Shown here one piece after another: positions 1 to 10,731 of a stretch of DNA of 64,000 bases. The translations under genes and the position numbers were made by a program. The stretch spans positions 4,588,001 through 4,652,000 of the forward strand of contig NC_043013.1 of the NCBI RefSeq assembly GCF_006345805.1, in the 5' to 3' direction. The notes beneath the pieces were generated by a model that did not search any database, was not told the DNA's origin, and was given only the letters and a program-made list of their open reading frames with translations. This DNA comes from Octopus sinensis (lineage: Eukaryota). The stretch's first letter is position 1, and each line of letters begins with the position of its first letter.

Positions 1-344
1 GTCGGTTACGACGACGAGGGTTCCGGTTAAATTAAAGTGTAAGTGGCTGAGCACTCCACAGACACGTGCACCCTTAACGTAGTTCTCGGGGATATTCAGC
101 GTGATACAGAGAGTGACAAGGCCGGCCCTTTGAAATACAGGTACAACAGAAACAGGAAGTAAGAGTGAGAGAAAGTTGTGGTGAAAGAGTACAGCAGGGA
201 TCACCACCAACCCCTGCCGGAGCCTCGTGGAGCTTTTAGGTGTTTTCGCTCAATAAACACTCACAACGCCCGGTCTGGGAATCGAAACCGCGATTCTATG
301 ACCGCGAGTCCGCTGCCCTAACCACTGGGCCATTGCGCCTCCAC
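1..344 (-). mobile_element. tRNA-derived SINE, family A (head GGAGGCGCAATGGCCCAGTGGTTAGGGCAGCGG)
   Basis: Reverse complement of the copy at 13504-13886, with A/B-box-like head at about 270-344; about 30 bp internal deletion relative to that copy; may run past the window start. Confidence 0.85.
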
Positions 345-601
345 ATCGCAGAGTCAATATCGCTTCACTTATTGAGGTGGCGTTATTCTTGCAGCGAAGC
401 GCTAAAATATTACAGCTGTCTTCACTATTTTTTCCAGCCTATTTTTCATTCGTATTTTATACAAAATTTAATAATTAATATTGACCAGATATTCATGTAA
501 AATGATTCTGCCTAAACAACAATTGTGAAATAGAAAATCTATTTTGTATTTGTAACTTCGATGACTATGTTAATGTAAAAATATCTTCTCTTTTAATTAA
601 G

Positions 602-675
602 GTTTGGACGCAGTGTCAGCAAAAGAGCTGCCTCTAATACTTTCGCTGAAGCACTGACTTCCAAAAGAAATGACG
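602..675 (+). CDS. Probable neuropeptide F/Y (RFamide) precursor, internal coding exon: (R)FGRSVSKRAASNTFAEALTSKRND
   Basis: Pyrimidine-rich acceptor ending AG at 600-601 and donor ACG|GTAATA at 676. The exon opens in phase 2 followed by F-G-R (amidation/cleavage signal) and has two KR dibasic sites. A phase-2 intron inside the Arg codon of RxR-F/Y-amide is characteristic of NPY/NPF genes. Upstream exons lie outside the window. Confidence 0.6.
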
Positions 676-1271
676 GTAATATAGTTTATATATTTAGATA
701 TTTTGCTTCAAAATCATTTTGTGGTTAAATTGTATTTATTACATCACACAACGTTTTACAATATTACTTTCAAAATCCCCATCTATTAGTTAGTGATTAA
801 TTATATAAGCTTACAATATTTACAACGATAGACCGTTGGTTAACTAAGCTAACTCAATAGACGTAACTATTCCCTTGAAGGTCCATAGTTAGACCTATCT
901 ATGTTCTATATATCAATCTCATTGTAGTTACCCTGCCCATTCGAAGCTAGTAGAGTAGTGACGTCAATATAACTAACTGTACCCATCCCTAAATCAGGGT
1001 TGTATTACAGTATTATAAGCTTCAGGATAAAGCAATGCACAAGCATCCCCCACGTGCACAACCAAAGCATACGTAGATTAGCAATGGGTCCTTAGACCCG
1101 CAGAACACACAGACAACCTTTAGCTGTGTCCTCGCCTTAAGACATTACTGTTCCAAAATGAGGCCTTGTACCTATGTTAAAAATTACTATATTATAGAAT
1201 TAGTTTACAGTTAATTTGTTCGCAGTTTACAGTATCATGTTGACAGAAATGTTTGTGTTTTTTTTTTTTTG

Positions 1272-1480
1272 TACTTGTTTCAGTCATTTGACTGCGGCCA
1301 TGCTGGAGCACCGCCTTTTAGAGTGGTGAAAGAGTACAGCAGGGATCACCATCTCCTGCCGGAGCCTCGTGGAGCTTTTAGGTGTTTTTTTCGCTCAATA
1401 AACACACACAACGCCCGGTCTGGGAATCGAAACCGCGATCCTCCGACCGCAAGTCCGCTGCCCTAACCACTAGGCCATTG
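1272..1480 (-). mobile_element. Chimeric SINE fragment: family B 3' tail joined to family A 5' half
   Basis: 1272-1320 matches the family B tail (CTTGTTTCAGTCATTTGACTGCGGCCATGCTGGAGCACCGCC); 1322-1480 matches family A. Confidence 0.75.
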
Positions 1481-2096
1481 GTTAATTGTGTGCTAATTAA
1501 CATTTTTGATTTTGTTCTAATTTCAAATCCGGTTAGAAATAACTTCGCTTTCAGAATCGGCTAAACAAAAGAAAATCAACGTAGACAAAAGATCTAGCTG
1601 AGTCAATATTAATTGTAATAATGTACTATCATATCTATCGGCTTTTTAACCAACACTGTATACTAGGACGATTGTAAACATTTCATTTATACAATATGTG
1701 TGTGGACTGTAAAATGGAGAGCAGCTGTAAATACAATTCGACTTGTTTTGAGGTCTTTGCCAGTAGAATACTGAACATTTCAAAAAATGTCAAAATGTCT
1801 GCACACAGTTTTCTACAAACGGATTGTTTGCAACCATGGTAACACATAGTGTTGGCCGAAAAAAATATATAGATTTGTCCTATAGTACATTATAGCAATG
1901 TTAACACCCAGATTATTTAACATCAATTTTTATTGTTAAAGTAGTATAGTCGTCCTGTTTTTTTTCTTTTGAAAAACTGTATTATATTGTAGAAAAAAAT
2001 GATTATACAAAATAGTTTCGAATTAATATTTGATATAAAATATATTTAACCAATTTGAGAACGGAGTTAATACTATATTTTATTTGTTTCTTTCAG

Positions 2097-2290
2097 AATA
2101 ATCAAAAAGGAAACTTAGAAACTTATCTCAACAGCAATACATGGAAATGAAACCATGTTGCTTTTCCATACAGATGCCGCTATTTTCTGAACAAACTGTT
2201 TTTCTTAATCATTTTAAATATAAAACAAACACTTCCTAATTGTTTTGATCTCTATGGTGATCACGAATAAAATATGTACATAAAATATTC
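2097..2290 (+). other. Probable terminal exon of the NPF-like gene (completes Glu codon, TAA at 2099-2101, then 3'UTR)
   Basis: Strong acceptor TATTTGTTTCTTTCAG (AG 2095-2096); phase-1 join gives ...KRNDE*; AATAAA at 2266-2271. Exon end is approximate. Confidence 0.5.
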
Positions 2291-2489
2291 AACTGTTTTG
2301 TTCTAGTATTTTGTTTTCTACATTGCCACAATACTTGCTTTTTTTCTTCCAAATTTTCTTATAAGCATGAAATCTTTTCACTTTTATTATGTGCATTCAG
2401 AGTTGAGGGTTTCTCCAAATTACATCTTCAGATGCTTTCATTCGATTAATAGAAAACTACGGTTAATTTTTCAAAACGAGCATTACATT

Positions 2490-2820
2490 CATAGTGAAAG
2501 ACCATGTCTGAATTCACGATGCCAGCGTTTTACAAGGTCATATGATGGGGCATCATCACCATAAGTTACTTTCATTTCATCAAAAGTCTCCCGTGGTGTG
2601 CGTCCTTTCAAATACAAAAACCGGATCACTGCTCGACACTCAACAGGCTCCATTTCACACTTGACTCGGTTCAAACACCTGTAAATCAGAAACCACAATT
2701 AATTCAGAGCTGTAATTTGCCACTTACTCTATAGAGATATAAATGATTGCACATGCAAAATTTCAGTTAGATCAAACAACTGCAAGTAGGTCAGAGGCAT
2801 TACTTATTGAACGTCCCTCG
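2490..2820 (-). mobile_element. Mariner (Tc1/mariner) 5' fragment with transposase N-terminus
   Basis: TIR TA|CGAGGGACGTTCAATAAGTA on the minus strand (TA at 2821-2822); ORF MEPVECRAVIRFLYLKGRTPRETFDEMKVTYGDDAPSYDLVKRWHREF is a mariner HTH region. Confidence 0.85.
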
Positions 2821-3094
2821 TAAAATCCAAACAGACCGATATTAACGAATTTCAAACTTAAAAACATCTCTGCGCTTGTTTTTCATAATGAAATATACAT
2901 TGATTCAGCATAGAAATGTTATCTTACAGCTGTTTCAGTCATGCAGATATGGGTATCTCATTAAATATATACATACTATTCCCTGGCAAGTCTCTGCGGT
3001 TTTCGCCCGACATACAATTTCTTATAGAAACAATATTTTATTACGAGTTCAAACTACTTTGACGTTCTCTGCATTATTATTTTCTATTGAAAGG

Positions 3095-3300
3095 CAGAAT
3101 CTTTACCGCACCAGACAAAATGCTGCGCGGAATTTATTCCGGCTCTTCCCGTTCTGAGTTCAAATATCACTGAGGTCGACTCTGCCTTTCATCACTTCGG
3201 GGTCGATAAATTAAGTAGCAGTTTAACATTGAAAACGATTTAATCAACTCGACCTCTCCACTAAAAATTTCAGGCCTTGAGCCTATTGTAGAAAGGATTT
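3095..3300 (+). mobile_element. SINE family D (core GAGGTCGACTTTGCCTTTCATCCTTTCGGGGTCGATAAA)
   Basis: Same core recurs at 14430-15260, 19935-20150, 20765-20980, 59250-59390 (+) and 10040-10180, 32685-32870 (-); B-box-like GAGTTCAAAT. Confidence 0.8.
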
Positions 3301-3524
3301 TTTCTATTGTATATTCTCTACTCACCTTCACAGCCAGGATAAACGGCCAAGCGAACTTTATGAAACGTCCATAACGATCATTTAACAAACATTGTTTGAA
3401 CGAGAACAATGATTTCTCCAAAGACAGTCGTCGATTCCCACTGGATAATTTGATGTGGATCATGGTTAAAGGAACTCTTAAGTTGATGAAGAAATGTTAT
3501 ACATATGTATATCTTTTTTTATTC

Positions 3525-3943
3525 TTTTACCTATTTCAGTCATTTGGCTACGGTCATTCTGGAGCACCGTCTTGAAGGATTTTAGTCAAACACATCGACC
3601 CCCACCCCAGGATTTATTTTTCAAAGCCCAGCACTTATTCTATCGGTCCCTTTTGCCGAACCGCTATGTTACGGGAACATGAGCACACCAACACCGATTC
3701 TCAAGTGGTGATGGGGGGACTATTACATACACAAAGACACACACACATAGATATACACATAGGTATTCATACATATATTCACGACGGGCTTCTTTCAGTT
3801 TCCGTCTACCAAATTCACTCACAAGACTTTGGTCGACCTGAGCCTAGAGTAGAAGACAGTTAACCAAGCTGTCACGCAGTGGAACTGAAACCATAAGCGT
3901 TTGGTTGGGAAGCAAGCTTCTCACCACACAGCCACGTCTGCGC
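3525..3943 (-). mobile_element. SINE family B (tRNA head, CORE-like CCTTGGGCAAGTG domain, internal TA/TG microsatellite)
   Basis: Diverged copy of the roughly 410-bp element seen at 16426, 19208, 21476, 27317, 46981, 47813, 51020 and 54713. Confidence 0.8.
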
Positions 3944-3944
3944 C

Positions 3945-3986
<42 letters not shown>

Positions 3987-4037
3987 CAAGCATGTATTAA
4001 ATCAAAATAGAACAAGATAGCCATCATTCAACATTAA

Positions 4038-4070
<33 letters not shown>

Positions 4071-4706
4071 ATATACAAAATAAGAAAATGGAGAAACACA
4101 CCTTAATCAATAATCAACTACGAGATAGTACCCAATCACATAATTTATTAAACCACTACATATGAACATCAAGGTCAAAGAAGTTTTGAATGCCTGCCAT
4201 GGTGAGTCTACTATCGTGAGAAAGAATAATTTCAAAACTTGGTGTTTAGGAATTTTCTTTTACATCAAGTTCAAAATTTTACGCCAGCCGTTAAACTGCC
4301 ACTATGTTACTGTCCGTCATTAAGAAATGCCAGCCATGGTGACTCTACTATCCTCAGATTCTATCCTTTCAAACTTTGGTTTCCAATATTTTTTTTTTTT
4401 ATTCAGCTCGCAAGTTCGTCTGTCCCTTTTAAATGTTAGTATTTTGCTGTCTGCCTTGAAGCAGACCTTTCCGTTGTCACTGCCTGATATTTATGATTGA
4501 TCTTTCCAAATATTTTATTTCTCAACTTACTCAAGATCTTTTGTTGTTTATAAATGGAAGAGAAATAGATAGAGAGAGATAGAGAGTAAGAGAAAGCGAG
4601 AGAGAAAGGAAGAGTAAGTGAGTGGGAAAGTGAGAGAGAAACAAAGAGGGAGAATGTAGTGATAAACAACAGAAAGGAAGCAACAGAAAGTAACAACCAC
4701 ACTCTT

Positions 4707-4738
4707 ACCCGCGCGTAGAGCGGGTCACCGTAAGCTAG
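4707..4738 (+). mobile_element. Helitron-type 3' terminus
   Basis: GC-rich hairpin ACCCGCGCGTAGAGCGGGT, then about 10 nt, then CTAG|T (CTAG 4735-4738). The 5' end was not located. Confidence 0.65.
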
Positions 4739-4782
4739 TTCTTTATATAACTACATTTAATAATCAGTTTACTTTTTTCTAT

Positions 4783-4889
4783 CACATACATACATACATA
4801 CACACATGCGTACGTACGTACATACATACATACATACATACATGTATGCATGCATACATGCGTGCATACATACATACACACATACATAC

Positions 4890-4927
<38 letters not shown>

Positions 4928-5220
4928 AACTAACTGTTACTTTCTCAGATGCAGCACGGATTTTTGTCAGTGAACAGGTCGCGGTCTTAAAGCGACGAAA
5001 ATATTTTGACAAATTAAACTGAAATGTTGAAGTGAATCGAACGGCTTTTGTGTGTTTCTTAAATGACTTACAAACACCTTCCACGCCGCAATTGCTTTCG
5101 TTTCAGCACACGATCTCAGATCAAATCACTTGCTATGCAAGTACATCTCCGTAATTAGCAACCTTTCTTTTCTACAAATTTCATACTTGATGACCTAATA
5201 TATATACACACACAAACACA

Positions 5221-5276
<56 letters not shown>
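4783..5276. repeat. Compound microsatellites (TACA)n/(TA)n at 4783-4921 and (CA)n at 5205-5276
   Basis: Directly visible; source of spurious YIYI/CMYV ORFs. Confidence 0.95.
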
Positions 5277-5280
<4 letters not shown>

Positions 5281-6589
5281 CAGAGATATCCGGCGTTGCT
5301 CAGGATTAAAATGGCATTGCTTGTATATATATTAGTTGTGTTGAAACAGGTGTTACAGGAAAGTGCAGCATTGACAACAAAACATTTGTGGAGTAAATAA
5401 TGGCCTAATTCTACCACGCAACATGTCATGCGTCCGTTTGAAGTATTCCAGACCCTAACTTGTCTTGGAGAATTGGGGTGAGGGCTATGTGATTTTTGAA
5501 CGTACCGAAAAGCTGTCAGTGGATATACTGTCCATTGATCGGCGCTGCGTCTAACACGACCCATCATCTGAAGATTTAACACCTCCTTCGAGTTTGTTGT
5601 CCTATTTCACTCATGGGGTAAATTTAGAGGAACAGTGGTTGTTCGTTTGTATGTAACGGAAGCAATGAGGTGATAGATTTGCCCTTGAACTTTGAACGCC
5701 GGCATAAATCCATGTTCAACTATCCCGCTATATATGAAGAACGAATTTGTACGTAGTCTGTTTCAGGGAGTTGTCCTATTGGACCTCTATCTAATCATTA
5801 AAACGTTGTTTGAAATGCTGCAGCATGCGTTTGCTGATCTTGAGAAAGTCTCATCTCCCTTCTGTCTTGAGATTCTCGCCTTTGGTTTTCTACAACCCTC
5901 TTCGCTTTATACTTGTTTCTGGAGAGAGTACATCTTTTCTTTGGTGGTTTACACTGACATGGTCGTAAAGTCGGAAAATTCACATTAGGATGCTCTTATT
6001 ACATTAGAATTAAAAGTAAAAGCATAAAAATGAAACAGTATTATAGGTTTAGCATCAAAAGTGAAATAATAAAAGTGAAACAATAATATAACAATGTAAA
6101 GTATAATAGCCATCTCAATATGGCTAACCACAAAGGTGGGTGTTACTGTAGCTTTTTAGCCCCAGGAGATCATCGTCTCCAGCTGGCTTTAGGCACACTA
6201 TCTGTGCCCTTATGGTATTTGCAAAGGGAGGCCATCCCTTTCTCGTAAGCCTAAGTGATACGCACCGGACCGCGGTTTCGGGGTTATTGCCTCTTATCAA
6301 TGGGCGGTAATCACTGGATCACGATGAAAGAAAAAGCCTGTTTGCAAATATATAAGAGTCTTTCTAGTGACTTCTGCCACTGATTTCGAAAAACTGTCTG
6401 TAAGCATTATTAAATCTCAGAAGCTACAGTAACACCCCACTTTGTGGTTAGCCATATTGAGATGGCTATTATACTTTACATTGTCGAGCGGTTACTGTTT
6501 ACATCTCGTTCTTGATTTGGTCGAGATTTTCGTTTGAGAATGCATAGGGAACAGACAGACACACAGACAAAGAATTTTATATATATAGA
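5277..6589 (-). mobile_element. Non-autonomous Helitron with Rep/Hel N-terminal remnants
   Basis: Minus strand: A|TCTATATATATAAAATTC 5' end at 6589 with GTCT microsatellite; 3' imperfect hairpin plus CTAG|T at 5277. Internal translation HGFMPAFKVQGQIYH (about 5670-5715) matches a conserved Helitron N-terminal motif. Confidence 0.8.
6091..6484. mobile_element. Inverted-repeat element (64-bp arms) nested in the Helitron
   Basis: 6091-6154 is the near-perfect reverse complement of 6421-6484; no TSD seen. Confidence 0.8.
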
Positions 6590-6592
6590 TAT

Positions 6593-7427
6593 ATAGCAAC
6601 GAAGCTAAAGCACGCAGATTGAAGCCGCTTGGCAAAGACTGACTTTCAACTCTGTTGTGCATACGTACTAATTGTTAACGTTCTAGGTCACTTCCGCTGT
6701 TTACAGCAGTGCTTGGAAGGGAGGTATGTAGCGTATGATAGTCGCATTGACAATAATAGAGAAATTTGTCATGATGATGCCTGCTCAGAGGCCAACCCAA
6801 AGTTGCAAAAAGTGTATGGAGAGGAGTGTATGAGCCGCACACAAGTGTACGAGTGGTTCAGACGTTTCCGAGATCGCTGAAATATGTCGATATTAACGAA
6901 AGTTCTGGGAGGGCCCACAACCAGCAGAACTGAGAAAAACATCGCAGATGTGCGCGCAGCTGTGAGGAGAAATCGTTGAATCACCATCCATGAGTTATAA
7001 GAGAATGTGCAGATTAGTTACGGTTCAGCCCATTAGCACTGAAGATTTGGGTATGAGACACGTCCCGCCAGGTTTGTGCCAAAACTGCTTTCAGCTGACC
7101 AAAAAGCATTCGGGTTTCAGTTGCACAAAATCTCTGTGGTTGTGTCGGGAACGATGAACATTTTTTGCAAACTTTGAGCAGGTATCGCCAAGCTTTTGGC
7201 AAAATTTTGATGCAGATTCTCTGCTCAACTTTCGGTCAATGTGACGATCACACGCTACACACCTTCCTTCTAAGTACTGCTGTAAAGAGCGAAAGTAAGC
7301 TAGAAAGTTAAAACTTAGTGCACATGCACAGCAGAGTTCAAGGTCAATGTGTGCCATGCGGCTTCACGCTGCGTGCTTTAGCGTCGTTACTAAGGCAACA
7401 GTCCGGATACTTATTGATCAGACTACG
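6593..7427. mobile_element. Mariner remnant: forward 5' half with transposase fragment plus an inverted second 5' end
   Basis: About 6800-7180 encodes, with frameshifts, LQKVYGEECMSRTQVYEWFRRF...GMRHV...FVPKLL. 7180-7427 is the reverse complement of the 5' region, ending in TIR CGTAGTCTGATCAATAAGTATCCGG with TA at 7428-7429. Confidence 0.8.
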
Positions 7428-7579
7428 TATATATATATATAGAGAGAGAGAGAGATATACACTCACATACACACATACATACATACATACATACATACAT
7501 ACATACATACATACTTACATACATACATACATACTTACATACATGCATACATACATGCATGCATGCATGCATGCATGCA

Positions 7580-7613
<34 letters not shown>

Positions 7614-7630
7614 CATACATACATATACAT
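7428..7630. repeat. Compound (TA)n/(GA)n/(TACA)n/(TGCA)n microsatellite
   Basis: Directly visible. Confidence 0.95.
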
Positions 7631-8178
7631 CTGTGTATGCGTGTATTTGTATCTTTTTTATATATTCTATCCATTTATTTTTATATTTACTTAACCGTCT
7701 TATTCATATCATAATAAGGACAATTTGATTAATTTCGAAATATGTGTTAAGCTTTTCGATACTTTAGATCTCCTGTTTGACCTTTATAATAATTATTTGA
7801 GAACTGATTTTAAATGTCTGTCTGTCTGTCTCATCAAAAGCAGTCATCACCTGTCATAAAGACACCAAGTAGTACCAACTTGTATTAACGGAAGTTTCAT
7901 TTAAATGAAACGTTTAATTATAAGTAGAAATAACCGGCGATTGTCACAAAGGTAAAATTTCTTTGGATCAAGTGTACATATAGATTAGATTTGACTTCTT
8001 TTAAACATTAAAAGCAATGCAAAGTAATTTACATAATAAAGGAAAACAGAACTGGTATGCATTCCGTGTCGGTATTTACATTTCTTTTTCAAGTTCACTC
8101 TTTAAACATTGTAGTACCACAGGAACATATGACTCGTGGAAGCCACTGAGCTTTTCGACAGATTAAAAGAGATGAGGT

Positions 8179-8215
8179 TATAAAAATGACGGCAAATTTA
8201 TACCTAAGCATTTCA
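8179..8215 (+). promoter_or_regulatory. Putative TATA-box core promoter of the CBM14 peptide gene
   Basis: TATAAAA at 8179-8185; Inr-like CATTTC with A at 8210, 31 nt downstream; followed by a strong splice donor at 8266. Confidence 0.5.
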
Positions 8216-8265
8216 ACTTTTCAAAATAACATTCACATTTACTGAGCAGAAGAATCCAAATTGAG
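8210..8265 (+). other. Putative non-coding exon 1 of the CBM14 peptide gene
   Basis: No ATG in the exon; ends GAG|GTAAGA; the next strong acceptor downstream is at 9761-9762. Confidence 0.5.
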
Positions 8266-8536
8266 GTAAGATCTAATATTATATATTAAGAACTAATATG
8301 TTGTGTTTGTGTATGTGTGTGTTTGTACTTTTTTCCCTTTAATTCGTTTAGAGGTTTCAATGATTGAACTGCAACCATAGTGGAACAGTGCTTCAGAGGA
8401 TTTTATGTTATCGAATTGCATTTATCATACCAAGGTTCACTTGAGTAACATAACACAAATAATTTTTGTTCGACACTCAGATACATACACAACCACATAC
8501 GCACATGCATTCGTAAGTACGCAAGTATATGATAAT

Positions 8537-8581
<45 letters not shown>

Positions 8582-8589
8582 AAAATTCA

Positions 8590-9235
8590 ATAATTATAAG
8601 CATAATTATAATTAGGGTTCAGCAAATTGCTTCACCACATACCGAAATTTAGAAATACTAGTTAAATACTATTCCTCTACCATAAGATATCTCCCAGATA
8701 GCAATACTTTCAATTCACGTAGGTAAAGATAAAAAAATATCGAATCCACCTGGCTTTGATCAACCACATACGCGTTTCTGGATTAAAGAGATGTAAATTT
8801 TTTTTTTTTTACTCACTTATTTCCGTCTTCTGTGTAGTATTTCAATTGTAAATTTGAGAGTACTAATAATTAAATACGCATTCGGCCAAGCGACATCGAA
8901 TGGCTAATATCCAAAAACCAGCACTTCCGAATTTATACAGCCGAGTGAGAACTCGCATTCTTCCCCAATCACCCATGTATGTTACGAGTAATCCCGCAGA
9001 AACTGCAGTTTACTATCAGGGAGTGAATTATATTTTCAATAATAATAAAGGGTAAAATTAATTAATTAATAATTAATAATTAATAATTAATAATTTTACC
9101 AAGTACTTCGGTGTGTAAAAAGAATCTTTATCGGTAACCTTATGGTAGAGAAATAGTATTTAACTGCTATTTCTAAATTTCGGTATGTGGTGAAGCAATT
9201 TGCTGAACCCTAATTATAATTATGCTTATAATTAT
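8590..9235. mobile_element. MITE/fold-back element with about 97-bp terminal inverted repeats
   Basis: 8590-8686 and 9139-9235 are reverse complements with about 3 mismatches. Confidence 0.85.
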
Positions 9236-9260
9236 AGTATTTTTGTATAAGGTTAGCAAA

Positions 9261-9369
9261 CAGCCAGTGGTGTCGTGGAAAGCTGGCGCGCTATATTCTG
9301 ACAGGCTGCTTCTGTCGCTAAAATTTAATTTATACACTGCGCACTAGCGTTCCGCGACACCACTAGCTG
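9261..9369. mobile_element. Short MITE-like element with about 20-bp TIRs
   Basis: CAGCCAGTGGTGTCGTGGAA ... TTCCGCGACACCACTAGCTG. Confidence 0.6.
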
Positions 9370-9763
9370 TTCGGCTAGTATCAGTCTATATCGGTTTGAC
9401 TGATTTTCTGTCTGGCATTCAGCTAATGATCCATGATGCAGTGAAATCATGCAGTGTCATCCTCCGGTGTACTGATGGAATTTTGTCGAGCGTTAATAGA
9501 ATTTCGATGTTCTTTAGCATTTGTCGGCTACAAGAAATGATTTTTCGAGGTGTTTACAGAAGTCTAAGACGTTATAAACAACACACCCAAGTTAGGTTGG
9601 ATGTACTAATCAATATTTGTAATAAAGAGGGGAAAGAGTTATAAAAAAATTGTGTGCATATGTTTATATACGCGGGTATTTGTGTATACATAAATGTGAG
9701 AAATAATCAGCGTAAATGTTCCAGCTCTGTGTAAATAAAAATCATTATTTTTTTTTTTCCAGA

Positions 9764-9833
9764 ATGATTGCGAAGATTGCCAATCTTTTAATATTGTTAT
9801 TTCTGCTAATGGGAGCCTCATCCACTGATGCAC
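9764..9833 (+). CDS. CBM14 peptide gene, coding exon A: signal peptide MIAKIANLLILLFLLMGASSTDA
   Basis: Acceptor T-rich-CCAG (AG 9761-9762), ATG at 9764, hydrophobic core, small residues at -3/-1, donor C|GTGAGT at 9834 (phase 1). Confidence 0.8.
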
Positions 9834-10326
9834 GTGAGTCGGAAATTATCCTTCTAATATTTTCTTCAATAACCATGGCCACTTTATTTCAAATAGAAAC
9901 TTTCCGACTAAATTTAATAAATTACTTCTTGATATCAGAATATTTAAAGAAATGGTGAAATTTGAACTAAGACTGCAGCTCGTTAAAACTATAAGCATAA
10001 TACAAAAAAAACTATTTGCCACAATAATCTTTTCTACTATAGGCACAAGGCCTGATATTTGGTGGGAGGGGGTTAAGTCAACCCCACCCCCACCCCGCCC
10101 CAGCCAGTGCTCAACTTGTACTTAATTTATCGACTTCGAAATGATGAAAGGCAAAGTCGACCCCGGCAGAAATATTCGCCACAATAATGACGTTGTATCT
10201 GAGCCAGAAACTACTATTATAGAGTAATACTAAAATACTTCATTCCATTACCTTTTATTTAAATGTTAAGTCATCCTCGTTCCAGCACTCAAACTGAGGC
10301 TCTATATTTAAGAGTAAATGTGTATA

Positions 10327-10619
10327 GTGGAGGCGCAATAGCCCAGTGGTTAGGGCAGCGGACTCGCAGTCGTAGGATCGCAGTTTCGAGGCTCCGGCAG
10401 AGAGTGGTGGCGAACCCTGCTGCACTCTTTCACCACAGCTTTCTCTAACTGTTTCTGTTGTACCTGTATTTCAAGTGTCTCACTGAATCTCCCGAGAACT
10501 ACGTTAAGAGTACACGTGTCTGTGGAGTCCTCAGCCACTTGCATGTTAATTTCACGAGCAGGCTGTTCCGTTGATCGGATCAACAGGAACCCTCGTCATC
10601 GTAACCGACTGAGTGCCAC
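10327..10619 (+). mobile_element. SINE family A
   Basis: Matches 13504-13886 with internal deletions. Confidence 0.8.
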
Positions 10620-10682
10620 GAAATGTATATACGTGCGCGGGCACACACACAGGCACGCACAGACACACACACACACACATAC

Positions 10683-10724
<42 letters not shown>

Positions 10725-10731
<7 letters not shown>

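Noticed and set aside
1555-1607. Alternative acceptor at 1553-1554 giving ...ND-ESAKQKKINVDKRSS* for the NPF-like gene
   Set aside because: Phase-compatible and not excluded, but the acceptor is weaker than 2095-2096 and has no clear donor; it cannot be decided without RNA data, so it was not called.
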